Positions 13,365-25,393 of a stretch of 64,000 nt of DNA are shown here, one piece after another. Under the pieces are notes generated by a model. It was not told the origin of the DNA. It searched no databases and saw only the letters and a list, made by a program, of their open reading frames with translations. Positions within the stretch are counted from its first letter, which is position 1, and each line of letters starts with the position of its first letter. The DNA comes from Phoronis australis (taxonomy: Eukaryota; Animalia; Phoronida): NCBI GenBank assembly GCA_002633005.1, contig NMRA01000416.1, positions 272,018-336,017 of the forward strand, read 5' to 3'. A program made the translations under genes and the position numbers.

Positions 13365-13900
13365 GGTTTAACATTGCCACAGCTTTCAAACCCATCAACT
13401 CTCTTAGAAGCCAACTGGTCCAACTAAAAGACAAGGTTTCCAGGGAAAAAGTCTCCAATGTGGTTTATGGCATTATGTGTGAGGTCAAGGGGTGTACTGA
13501 GTCCTAGTGGGTGAAACCCAGCAGTCTCTCAAAAGCAGAGTGAACCAGCACCACCAGCCCAGTTACAGGGATACATATGATTCAACCATTTTCACTCATA
13601 TCATGACTGTAGGACATTCATTTGACACCAGTGAAAAAGGCAGTGATGTATTCATTTTGGATCGTGAGGAAAATTGATTCAAGCGTGGTGTTAAGGAATC
13701 TATCTACAAACGTGATGAATGCCCCTCTTTGAATTGCCAAGGTGGATTAAGATCCGAACTTTCCAAGACATCAAATTGCGTGCTGCGTTTCATTCCATGC
13801 CGATTAAGTCAACAGCCAAACGCCACCACAGCATTTGCTAGTGAAAGTCATCGCGATGAGGATGCAACGTCGCTCAGGTGAAATGTAAGTCCAGTATTAG
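13365..13900 (+). mobile_element. Penelope-like retroelement fragment (GIY-YIG endonuclease C-terminus, disrupted)
   Basis: Reads across frameshifts and stops as LRSQLVQLKDKVSREKVSNVVYGIMC...GETQQSLKSRVNQH...HSFD...ILDREEN*FKRGVKESIY...PSLNCQGGLR, the typical Penelope endonuclease signature. Confidence 0.85.
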
Positions 13901-14574
13901 GTTTAAGTTCTTTTCCACATTTCATATTTAGTTTCATATCAGTCACCCAGCAAGTGGTGTCTATAACAATGCACCACCTATCGGACTGGAGACGATAGCA
14001 AAATTAGTGTTTAAGCAATAATTAAGTAAATTACGCAGTTGACATTGCGAGTAAATGTTGAAATAGCGAACTTGGTTAAGGCATGTATAGGTAATACTGA
14101 CCAAATAATTAACCAAAGACCTTGAGATTTTCACATGTCTCAACCTAATCAGCATTTTCTCAACTTCTGCAAATCGACTTAATTTGAATTTAGGAAGACA
14201 AGATCTCGAAAACGGCTTGGTGGATTTTGCTGAAACTTTCCAAACTTAATATTTATTCATCAGTCTCAAAAATTGTTAGGATTTTCGATATAAAGGCCTA
14301 GCTTTTGCAGAACGTAACAAAGATGAATACGACTGCTATATTGTACAAAAATACTTTATGTTTTGCGAGGTGATTTGTCATAGAAACCAATCTAAGAGAC
14401 TAATCGAAAATTCCTAACAACATTTTTGAGGGAAAATTGGAGAAGTTTTCATTTAAAACTGAATGTGTCATTAAAATTGACCAAAGTGTTATTTTCCTAT
14501 GAATGTGCCTTTCCTAAAATTGAAATTTGTTTTAAAAAGATGTTAAATGTAATAATAACAATGACACATAAATA

Positions 14575-16320
14575 AACAAGAGCAACGCGGAGCGATGAAA
14601 TGCGCCCATGAATGCATCGCAAATGATGTGCTTTTAGGGTTTTTTATTTGTTTCATAAAAATGGCAATTGATAGCACAAAAACATACAATCCATCCAAAA
14701 ATAGGAACATGCCATATTTCATAAAAATCTGTTAAGGAACTTCAGAGAAACAAAGGAATGCAGAATAAAATGAAAGTGCCACTTGTGGGCATAGAGTCCG
14801 TCGGATGCACCTGAAAGTCATCGTCTGTTGTTATCTTCATAAAAATGCACTTACTAAATTTAATACAGATCCTGCAGTGGGATTAGGAGATATAGCTATG
14901 GGTGCAAAACAAAACAAAACTACCACAAGGAGGTGCCACAGTAGTCAGTCGCCATCATCAAATGTCCTATTCACACTGAAAACATATTCGCCAATTTTCA
15001 AAACCATCCCTAGAATGATTTGGTTGATAGAGGGGTGGACGCAAAAAAACATACTGGAAAACAGTAAAAATGGCCACTAGGTGGCGCAAACTATGTCGAA
15101 TCCATCCAAAAAATGGAGGATAGCATCATCTCACCAATAGATGCTTAAATTCAAAATTTTATTAAAACATCATAAAAGGCCATTTTAATGGTGTACCCTT
15201 TCCTTAAGGACCTTTGAAGATACAGACAGGTAAACGTAAAAAACTAAAACTGCCAATAGGGGGCACACTAGTAGTCAGATCTGTCTTTAAGTCATCGTCG
15301 TCGCCGGTTGTCAACATCATATAAATACACTTGCTAAATTAAGGGAAGATCCTGCAAACAGTTTAGGAGATACAGCCATGAGCGCAAAAAACAAAACTGC
15401 CACTAGGAGGCGCCAAAGTAGGCAAAGTCATCGGAAAATCATCGTCAGCCGTCTACTTCATAGTGAAAACATACATGTCAATTTTCACAATTATCCTGAA
15501 AGCAGTTTGGTTGATAGATAATAGGACTCCAAAAAAAACACTAAAAATGGCCACTAGGTGGCGCAAAGTATGTCGAATCCATCTAAAAACGGAGAGAGAG
15601 CCTCATTTCATTAACAGATGCCTGTATGCCAAATTTTATGAAAATACGTTGAGGACCTTTGAACATACAGAGCTAAACGTAAAAAATAAAATTGCCACTA
15701 GGTGGCACACCAGTAGTCAGATCTGTCCGAAAGTCATTGTCCTTCGTTGTTACCATCATATAAATACACTTACTAAATTTAGTAAAGATCCTGCGAGCGG
15801 TTTATGAGATACAGCCATAGGCGCAAAAAAAACTGCCACTAGGAGGCACCACAGCAGTAGAAGTGGTCGGAAAATCATCGTCAGCCGTCCACTTCATAGT
15901 AAGAACATACATGCCAATTTTCACAATCATCCTTTGAGCGGTTTGATTGATAGAGGGGTGGACTCGAAAACAGTAAAAATGGCCACTAGGTGATGCAAAC
16001 TATGTCGAATCCCTCCGAAAACGGGAGGTTAGCGGAAAGTCACTAATAGGTGCCTATATACTAAATTTTATGAAAATCCATGCAGGACTTTTGAAGATAC
16101 AGAGGTTAACGTAAAAAACTAAAATTGCCACTAGGGGGCACACCGGTAGTCAGATCCATCCGAAAGTTTGCTCATGCTGTCCCATCCGCGGAAGGAACAC
16201 GTGCGAAAGTTCAAGAACATACGTCAAGGCGTTTTGGAGATAGAGCAGTGGACGCTGGATGGACGGATGGAGATGACGGCATAATGTGTCCACATATAAA
16301 TATGTAGGCACATAAAAATA
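14575..16320 (+). mobile_element. HINE-like element copy 2: ~145-bp monomers in a ~430-480-bp trimeric higher-order repeat
   Basis: AACAAGAGCAACGC start; 3' hairpin ccacatataaatatgtagg; GCCAC(T)AGGNGGC-type heads at ~14778, 14921, 15073, 15252, 15399, 15550, 15695, 15835, 15982, 16127; empty A-rich site visible in the sister transposon at ~53180. Confidence 0.75.
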
Positions 16321-17062
16321 TATTTTTATAGCCCCTGATGTTTTTTTTTTCCAGAAAATATATACTTTTACAAGTTGACAAAATCTGGTCTTTTGAAATA
16401 CGAATTAGCATAGATGGCACTAAGTAAGGTTTGAGATAATCTTAAAAGGAACAATAGCTACCTCTTGAGTGTAGTTAGGAGTAGTCAGTTGTTAAGACAA
16501 CTCCCTTTCAGAGATGATTGGCTTCATAGTTTATCAAATCAAAACGTGACCAGTGCCCAGGATGTAACCTTTGAACTCAGGTTCAGACTTGAAACTTATT
16601 TTAACCAATCACGCCTCATGATTGAATTTAAAATTTGAAAGTAAATTTCAAGCAGACCCTGCAATTGGTCAATTTTCACATCGAGTTTTGAGTACAGAGA
16701 TTAGGCCCAGAGTCCAGGGCATTTTAATTTAAATCAGAAAAATCTTTCACCTATGAAAATTACATACACAAGACACAACACAACTGGATTAATATAACAA
16801 AACACAGTTTGCCTATCACACCGTGCTAATTTCCCAAATGTTGAAAATGATATTTATGACATACAGATTGAACCATATTTCCACAAAATTAGCTCTACAG
16901 AAAAAGTCTTTGCCACTCCTAGTCATGATGGACGTTACCACTGGAGTGAATGCTGGTAATGTTCATTTGTCAAAACGGTAGAATTTCAGATCGTTTCATT
17001 CAATTACACCAACATGGTGTTTACTGCACATTGAAATAGACATTGTACATTGTGGCACTCAC

Positions 17063-17163
17063 CGATGACATATATTTGTTCTTTATACACCACCGTGCCC
17101 ATTAACGCCTTGGGGAGGGACATATCTTTCAATGACGTCCACTGGTCCACCAAAGGGTCATAC
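17063..17163 (-). CDS. Kelch-like protein, coding exon 4
   Basis: tctgcag| ... |gtgagt; 101 nt, phase 2-1; RYDPLVDQWTSLKDMSLPKALMGTVVYKEQIYVIG. Confidence 0.9.
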
Positions 17164-17463
17164 CTGCAGAGCACATTCAATATTCAACTTTAAAATACAC
17201 CTCAATTCACACAAAGCTATTAACCCAAACTGTAGTTTTCACAGCTTTCTAAAGCTGATTACTTTGCTACAAGTTATGGAAACTTTACCAAATGGTCTCT
17301 CATGGCATTACCAGCAAGAGCATCAAAAGTCATTTGCAACTCATTGCAAGACTTACCAATTAGTAAAACACTGAGTTTTGCTATAAAAGAAATTGTAAAA
17401 TTAGCTTTTTTAGAATCAAAGCAGCTCAGTCTATGAAATATTTTCCAAACAAAATGAAATAAC

Positions 17464-17661
17464 CTTAGACTGTGTTTTGTTATGCCAGTGTTGCCTTCTC
17501 CACCAAAAATGTAAAGCTTTCCTTTGAATCCAACACCCGATGAACACCGCATGGCCTCGGGGAGTGGCGCCACCTTCTGCCACACATTCATGTGGATGTT
17601 GTATTTCTCTGCAGTTGCAATCAGTGATGTTTCATTCTGTCCACCAACGGCAAAAATACAG
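17464..17661 (-). CDS. Kelch-like protein, coding exon 3
   Basis: tttgtag| ... |gttatt; 198 nt, phase 2-2; CIFAVGGQNETSLIATAEKYNIHMNVWQKVAPLPEAMRCSSGVGFKGKLYIFGGEG. Confidence 0.9.
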
Positions 17662-18739
17662 CTACAAATGGCAAGGCACTTCTGTAGTTAAACATGACGA
17701 ACCCACTCCAGGCAAACATTGACCTATGGAGTCCAAGGATTGGAGTTTGCTAATGAAAACACAACAGCCCATTGAATTCAGTGCAGCTGCTTGGGGTGCT
17801 TAGTTACCCAATATAATCTTACATGACAGACCAGCCAGATGTCTCTCTGTTGTTTTGGCAGGGAATGGGCAATTGAAACTATGTGCTTCAGTTCACAAAT
17901 TTAATTGGGTTTTGACTTGAATTTTCACCTGTACTATGGTAGGTCAGTCACAAAGATGCAATGTACCGTCCTCAGTCAAAAAGTTTTTGATTTAGAACAA
18001 TTACCTTGTGATCTTGTCTTGTTTTACACATGTAAAAAGTTTAGAATCTAAGCAAAAATGAACTGATAAATCAAGCTTTGTTTTACAATCGTTAATTGTG
18101 CCATCGTCTTGAATTTGGGATGGCCAATATTGACTAAATAACAAGCTTGGGCCTTGACCAAAACAGTAAAATTTTAATTGTCCCAAACTGGCTTTAGAAA
18201 TAAAATAGCCTGAAGAGGCTGGACATTTAGGCAATGCGCAACAATAAACTGCCAGTTGTCTCAAACCCAAACATCACTTCTTCATGAGTACGGAGTAAGT
18301 TGCGGCCTACTTTATAAAGGGTAAGTGGTCTAATTCAACTGTTCGATTTTTTACAGACTGAAACTAAGATAAGTCAATCAAAACATGATTTGAAAAACCG
18401 CTCATAGGCCTGACGCACAAATACTCTTTAAGACCATTACAATAACACATCAGACCCAATGCAAAATTTCAAGCATGGTGTTCTTGCATCCTAATTTCCT
18501 TTCTTCTAATTCAGAAAAACAACCTAAGTATTGAGTAGCACTGCATAAAAATGATGTAAAAGACAAATACAGAATTTCCTGTTATCTTCACTCACACTTT
18601 GGCAACAGTCACTTACAGGGGTCCAGCATTTTGAGAACCAGTTTGACGCCTGTTATTCAATGGAGAAAACTGGTTCTCAAAATGTGGGGGGTGGGGACTG
18701 TGACTATTGTCACACTTCAACATTCCTCTCTAGACTCAC

Positions 18740-18932
18740 CCATCAAGCACAGTCAAAGGAAATTGGTAGCGGGTCTCGTTCATTTTTGCCTTAGTTTGCC
18801 ATGACCATGAGGTTGGGTCAAACACGAGTAAGACGTCGCTTATCTCCTCCGTGGTCATACAGCCGCGGTAGCTGATCTTCCGAACAATACCACCAGCAAC
18901 ATAGACAAGATTGTCACCCGTCACAACACAGC
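18740..18932 (-). CDS. Kelch-like protein, coding exon 2
   Basis: cattatag| ... |gtgagt; 193 nt, phase 1-2; CVVTGDNLVYVAGG...LVFDPTSWSWQTKAKMNETRYQFPLTVLDG. Confidence 0.9.
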
Positions 18933-19549
18933 CTATAATGCAAACCATACAGACCATGGTCTAAAACAGAGGTTCATACCACAGACTTTAATTCTAAGAA
19001 AAACCTAAAGTGTGTCCCGCCCTTTTGGGCATACCCATGCACATAGCAAATAGTGCTAGAAAATATTCCGGGTTGGATTTTTCAGAGGGTAACCTTTGGA
19101 GGGAGGCAGATTGAGAAAAGGGTACATTTTGTAGTGTCACAGAAATTTCCAAAAAGATCCCCACCAATGCAGGCTCTTTTGGAAACATGGCATGAAAAAG
19201 CACAACCCGGTAGTTCTTTCATAACTATTTTGTGTCTCGGACATGTACAAAATGTGCGCAAGATGTCAATTTTTTTCAATTTTTTACCTTTAAAATGACC
19301 ATCAAAAGCCGAGCTGCCAGCAGAGTAAATTCTTCCTCTTGCAACATATCTTAAAAGCCCATGGCTCAATGAGGGCGCTGTGGGCAACAATACAATCAAG
19401 TTTCTGAAAACGCCTTTGGCCCCACTTCTTTCTGAAAGACCAGCTAGGAGCTTTTTTGGCTGTAAAATCACTTTGGTATGCATTTTTGAAAGAGCCATCT
19501 GGGAACTCTTTTGGAAATAAAATGATAATCAACAGTGACAATCAAATAC

Positions 19550-20564
19550 CTGGCATGTATAGACTCTTGGGCAGATGACAAATGTGTGAGATGAGACCAT
19601 CACTGAGATTCAACTCTTCAACTGACGATAGTTTCTTGTTATTTTCTTCACAGTACGGATTGGCAATGATCAGAACAGAACGCCTATAAGGCATTCCTTT
19701 GCGAGGCATAAAGTTCAGATCCATCTCCAGCTGTCGGTTCTTTAACATGTGGTAATAACGCACTTTTTGCAGGATTTCCTTCAAACAAACACATTCGCTG
19801 AACAAAGAATTTGACTCGACACTGTCACAAAAGTAGTACGAGCTGATGTTAGCAAACCGTACACAGTTCATCACTTCAAACATCTTGTTCTTTCTGGATT
19901 CCAAGTCATAGTTCAGCCAACCTAGGCAAACCTCATAGACAAGACTTTCGTCTGACACATTAAGCTGGTCATCATGGAGAATTTCAATCAACTTATCAAC
20001 AGGAAGTTGAAGGAACTCCTGCTCTTTACACAGTATTGTAATCTGATTATTGATAATCTCCTTGGCCTTTTCAGCCAGAATGTCACACTCATGGGCGCAG
20101 GCAAAGAAGTAGACACCGATACAGTTGCTAACGTTAACATGTTTTATCATAAAATCAGCGCATCCATTTCGTAACGAGATCAACTGGAATAGGTTGGAAG
20201 CCGACAACAAATTTTGAACTGTTTCCTCACTCATAATAACTTGACCTTTGTAAATGTAGTCAAGAATTAGTTGAAGAGTAAGAGAGGAAATTGACTTCAG
20301 CTCTACCAGATCTAGTTGACTTTCTGCCATGTTGGAAGAAAACATGGCCATGAAATAAGGACTTGATGCAGCCAAAATGTTTTTGTGACAGGAAAATTTC
20401 TGGTTATCAACACACAGAATAACATCAGTGAAATGGTGATCCTTGTAGAGTTTAGCAAAGTTTGTGAGGAGGTTTGATGCACGGTCTTCATCCTTGTAAC
20501 AAAAGTCACTAATAGTCATACTGCTGTCCACTTGAGGTGAGACTGGACTTCGACAGTGCAACAT
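19550..20564 (-). CDS. Kelch-like protein, coding exon 1 (BTB/POZ and BACK domains, start of propeller)
   Basis: FTDVILCVDNQKFSCHKNILAASSPYFMAMFS (BTB), NCIGVYFFA...EFLQL...LNVSDESLVYE..LGW (BACK); in-frame TGA just upstream of the ATG; acceptor at 20621-20622; donor CCAG|gtattt; the six exons total 1833 nt = 610 aa + stop. Confidence 0.95.
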
Positions 20565-21418
20565 TCTTCTTCAGTTACGTCCCACAGGTTTTATGGAATG
20601 TAAAATTCCTTTGAGGTTGCCTGAAAGCAAAAACATGTAACAGCTCCGCAATTACAACTACTGTTTATGAAAACTCAACATTATTCAGAAATTTATTAAA
20701 TATCCGTGTGGAAAACAAGCCGGTTCTCAGCCATCTTTTTGAAAAATAGCGAGCATTGGCTTGTATGGCTTTCTGCAGTTTGCCCAAGACATCTTGGTGA
20801 AATACCCAAGGGCAGTCCACAAAAAATAAACGGCGTGCTCACGTCAGAAGGTTGACTTTATCACAATCAGTTTGCCCACCTTAAAAGAGTGGTATCTTTT
20901 CTAATATATTCAAATGTAAGCTTGAATTTGTCAGCGTCGGCAGATTTCATAGTCTACAACTAAGTACTTGCTGTACTGAACCTAGTGACCAATATGAGAT
21001 ATAAGGCTCCTACAATGAACAGAGAAACAAAATGTTGTTACATACCATTCACCTGGACCGTTAAAACCAAGAAAGTTACAACTTCACAGACTAATCTAGA
21101 ATCACATTTGATTAAACTTGACAAACAAGCCTATTGTGTCGGTACACAATACTGTGGTAGTAATTGCTGGTCAGAGCTTACAGACACACATTTTAAGAAT
21201 CACGTGAAAGTCCTTCACTTTTCTCCGTTTGAAGTTTTTTGGTGATCGTATTTCATCTTCTTCACGACGTTTATTGTTTGAAAACAGTATGGTGAATGGG
21301 GACAATGTCAGCCTCTGTGTAGCAGTGTTAACCCAGTGAGATCCAGGTTTCTTTGTCATCACCTGCAAGGTCTGGAAAGTAGATTCCTGATCCTGACTGT
21401 CCGTTGTCAAGTTTAGAG

Positions 21419-21800
21419 CTGTTGTAGATGTGCTTCTGGTGAATCATATGAGACTATGTTAGCCACTCGCTAACGGGCAATTGCCTATTAGCTGAATGGT
21501 TAGCACGCTTGCCGGTTTTATGGGGGTCGCTGGTTCGATTCCCGGGTCGGGTAATCTCGGCTATTAATATAGAGCCATCAGTGTAACAAATGGACTGTTG
21601 TGAATGTTGGCCAATTGTAATCAATGATTTCTTTCTTGACCATCTCCAATTTCTGTATAAAAATATTGTTGTGAAATGTGCTTCCGGTGAATGACATATG
21701 AGCCTCTGTTAGCCAAACACTAATGGGCAATTGCCTATTAGATGATTGGTTAGCACGCTCGCCGGTGTTCGACTCCTGAGGTCGGGTAATCTCAGCTATT
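21419..21800 (+). repeat. Direct duplication (~247-bp period) containing a tRNA-like/SINE-head sequence
   Basis: Copy 1 has A box TAGCTGAATGG and B box GGTTCGATTCC (21483-21553); copy 2 (21667-21800) lacks the anticodon-arm segment. Confidence 0.65.
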
Positions 21801-22690
21801 TATTTAGCCTTAGGCAATGACCATCGCCTCTGTTGGCCCGAACCAGAGGCGATGCAGAGGCTATAGGCGCTCTGTACGCCGGAAGCTTTTCGGCGAACAT
21901 CACTGGGTATTGCCAAAAGCTAAGTGCTCCAGTTTCATACATTAATATGGCTCTTGTGAGCAATAGTACCGGGATTCGCACATTAATTCACTGCCCATTA
22001 CACCTCATACCGTAAGACCCAGCTTCACCGCTAAGGTAAATGTGCAAGGGTGGCATTGGCAATGAATAAGCGCAGCCTAAGACTGTACCAGGAAAAGCAG
22101 AAGTAGCACACAAGCAAGCCGAAACGCTATAATTGTGTATGGGTAATACTAACCAGTTAGGCATTGAACGTATTTGTAGGTTAGCGAAATGACACTTCTC
22201 TCCGCTGCCCCGTCTTCGCAACGCGTGCGCTACCTGTTATCGAGCTGAAGAACTTTCATGCGCACCACGCGGGCGAGGAGTGGACTAGGCCTACTCTCGG
22301 GCCCGTAACGATCGAAAAAGGGATTTTGTCATTGCTGTTGGATAGAGTAGACTTCTCATTAAACTCATTGGCTTTGACCAGGTTCAATGAAATCACTCAG
22401 TTTGACTTGCAGACAATCATCAAAATTGCTCATCAAATTTAAAGAAACGACGGCCAGTGTGAGAGTTTTCATAGTCCGTCAATTGTTCAGTAAAACTATA
22501 GCACAGTGTGAACACTGAAAGGGCCCCACTTATCAATTACCAAAAAAAAACAGAAAAAAGTTGTTGTAACATGCTTGACTCAGTAGGATTAGTTAAGTGA
22601 ACTGCGAAGGTGTCACCAACAACAGTACAATTACTAGCCATACAAAAGTAGCATACCTCACCTAGAGCCCCCGCGCGCATGACTTGACGT

Positions 22691-22900
22691 GAAACTCACC
22701 GGCTCTACTCAGTCACACCGCTGCGTTAATTCGAATGATTCATGAAATTGCTTTGATATCAACTACTTTTACAAAAATGAACTACATACAAAATGGATTT
22801 TTTACTCATTATTTTATTCAGAATAGGAGTGTCAAAATTTAGTCAACACTGCGGATACAGCCGGGTCAGTATAACAAATGCCGGCATCAGTGGATATCTT
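22691..22900 (-). other. Candidate non-coding first exon/promoter region of the Kelch gene
   Basis: Strong donor GCCG|gtgagt at 22699 in a CpG-enriched stretch upstream of the acceptor at 20621; 5' boundary not determinable. Confidence 0.3.
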
Positions 22901-23277
22901 GCTGGCATGCCCTTACTGAAAAAGGGGACCACGTAAAGTGTGACGAATGGTTTTACAAACTGGTGAAAAATCAAAGGTCATTTATTATTATAAAAAGTAA
23001 TTTATCACTGCTGAGAAGCCTTAACACAAACATCCGATGAAGTGGTTAATAACAGGAATAGTAGAGATAGGCCAAGCCTCTAGCGGGACAGGGACAGCAT
23101 GCGGTAAACTCAGACCTAGCGCTCATTCGGCGTAGATAATTCATAACCGATCAGAATAGAAAAAATCTTCAAATGAAATTGGTCGTTTTTACATAGCGAA
23201 TAGTGGCATTGTCTACTATTTCTTTTCTGTTATTTTCCGACCATTTGTCACGCATCAGCATGACTGGCTGGAAATAA

Positions 23278-23431
23278 CAGTGGCGGATTTAAGGAGGGGC
23301 AAGGGGGTCATGGCCCCCCTAAGATCTCCCAGATTCCACTCGGCAGTACGGGGGTGCCAATGTCAGACGGGCAAAATCCTGGCTAATACTCTGCCCTGGC
23401 CCCCAAACCAAAAATCCTGGATCCGCCCCTG
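23278..23431. mobile_element. Short hAT-like MITE (copy 2)
   Basis: CAGTGGCGGATTT...GGATCCGCCCCTG; flanks gaaataa/gaaatag resemble a TSD; homologous to 1868-2021. Confidence 0.7.
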
Positions 23432-24042
23432 GAAATAGTTGATGATACCACTTTTCGCTACGTAGAAAATGGGCCATTTCGATTGACAGAAGACGTGGAA
23501 TCTCTGTTAGTCAGTTACTATGAGAAACCTGTGCTGAATGAGCTTATGGCTGATAGGCTTCCCACTGTAGTTTGCGTTCGCGCCCACTATTCACTTATCT
23601 ATCGTTCATAGCCAGTGTTCATTTCATGGCGTGCCTGTTGATGAAGCATGTGCACTCGAAATATCGGTGTTATTAATTTATTTGTTCGTTTGTCACGTCT
23701 CTTCGCAATTAGGCCATACTTCAGAACTTTACACCCGATGATAGAAAAGTTCAAAAAAGAAAATGAGGGAGTATCTTTGATACTGTCCAACAGAAAATTC
23801 AATTGCCTTGTTCTCAGTCAAACGGAACACTGCGTGCACTCATTTTCCGAGTTATTTGAAGGGACAACCATAAAAATGGACAGAAATGAGGTGAACCAGA
23901 ATCACTATGCAGCACTCGCGCGACATGCCGACTAGTGGTTGGATAAGTACTTGTTGCTATATTTTTGTAACTAACTCAAGTTCTGAAAAAGTTTTAACCC
24001 TTCCATTTTTCACAACCGTGCGTACTGGAGCTCATAATGGAT

Positions 24043-24150
24043 ATTTTGGCGTGTTAAAGAGTCTCCTTTTGGCGTGTTGAAGAGTCATTCATTTTGGCGT
24101 GTTGAAGAGTCTCATTTTGGCGTGTTTGGCGTGTTGAAGAGTCCCATTTT
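24043..24150. repeat. ~23-bp minisatellite, about 5 copies (one truncated)
   Basis: ttttggcgtgttgaagagtctca repeated. Confidence 0.85.
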
Positions 24151-25393
24151 CAAAAATTTCATACTAGGATACACGAGGACGCTCAACAGTATGACTTACT
24201 GAAAGCGGTTTAACGTTTTTTATACGTAGTGCTTTTTATCGCACCCCCAAGAAATCGCTTTCGCATTATCATGATCTCATTTGCTCTCTTGCATACATCC
24301 ACTAGTATGACCGAGCTTAAAAAAGAGTGCAGGTGGCCTGTTGTTTCTTTGGTGCATCAGACGTGCGCAGGCCTCATGGTTGGGCCCATTACACTATAAA
24401 CCTGAGCTAAAAACACGAGAGCCCCGTTATGGTTCTCAGTGAAGGAAGTTTTCAAGCCTGCCCGTGTCACCTTTAAGACTAACGGACAATTTTTCCATTT
24501 GTTGCCATGGCATATATACATGCATGTTGTAGGCATGTAAATATGCCATCCAGTAGCTAGGTTGCTCCGGCCTTAGCCCGAAGTTGAGCAAGACTCTACC
24601 TAGCTTATAGGGGCCGATAAACGTTTTGTGCAATGCCTGATTGCTGGCTAATAAACCTGGATATGAACACGAGAGATCGGAGCAAACCAATGACCTAGTC
24701 AAAACGGTCAACAACATACAATTTTTTCGGCCGGCTTGCTTCTCCTCGCCCGCCGGCCTCACCTCTCCCTCTCGGTCAACCCCTCGTCACAAACGTCTCT
24801 GAATTTCGTGCAATTTCCTCAGCCGACTCGCTTCTACCCACCCCCGGCTCGGCGTCGCAAATTTTCCTCTAGTTCTGGTCGTCAGAATTTTCTCCGCGCC
24901 CGGCCTGCGAATTATCTTCGCTCCTCAGTGTCCTCGACCCCTCTCTCGTTCAGTGGCTCAGGGCGAACTCATTCATACCGTGAATAATACGCTTACAAGG
25001 AAGTCACGCATTTCAAAAGATATGCGGAAATATTCACCGCTCGTCCTTCTGCATAGGCGGATATGAGTTCAGTAACAAAGACGCGGTAGCGGAGGGGGGC
25101 TTAGACCCCAGATCATGTCGCGGCGGAATCCCGTTTCTTAAGTTTTTAGTCCACCTATAGATATTTTGAACGGAAGGGTCCTTACCGGCATCCGCAACCT
25201 TCGGACCGCTTGCGCACATACAATCGCGCTTTGCGCAATTCCCAGAGGCAACATGTTGGCCCTCCTTATGGTATCCTAGATCCGCCACTGTTCTGAACGG
25301 CTTTTACCACGATCAAAGAGAGCGCGGCGTCGGAGTCAGGTACAGTTGTGATGACTGCATTGCCCGATGCGAGCAAGACCCAATTAAGTTTAA

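Larger units (their letters stand above)
12823..16441. mobile_element. TTAA-type (Kolobok-like) non-autonomous DNA transposon, copy 1, with nested insertions
   Basis: TIRs GGATATCTCAAACCTTA / TAAGGTTTGAGATAATC-TTAA (left target reads TTAT); colinear with the copy at 51057-53307 once the Penelope and HINE inserts are removed. Confidence 0.75.

Noticed and set aside
17662-17725. Alternative upstream acceptor (ccatag at 17724) for Kelch exon 3
   Set aside because: It puts the exon out of frame with the kelch repeat; the acceptor at 17662 restores G-C-I-F-A-V-G-G
21481-21555. Functional tRNA gene
   Set aside because: Anticodon and T stems do not pair properly, and the anticodon cannot be assigned
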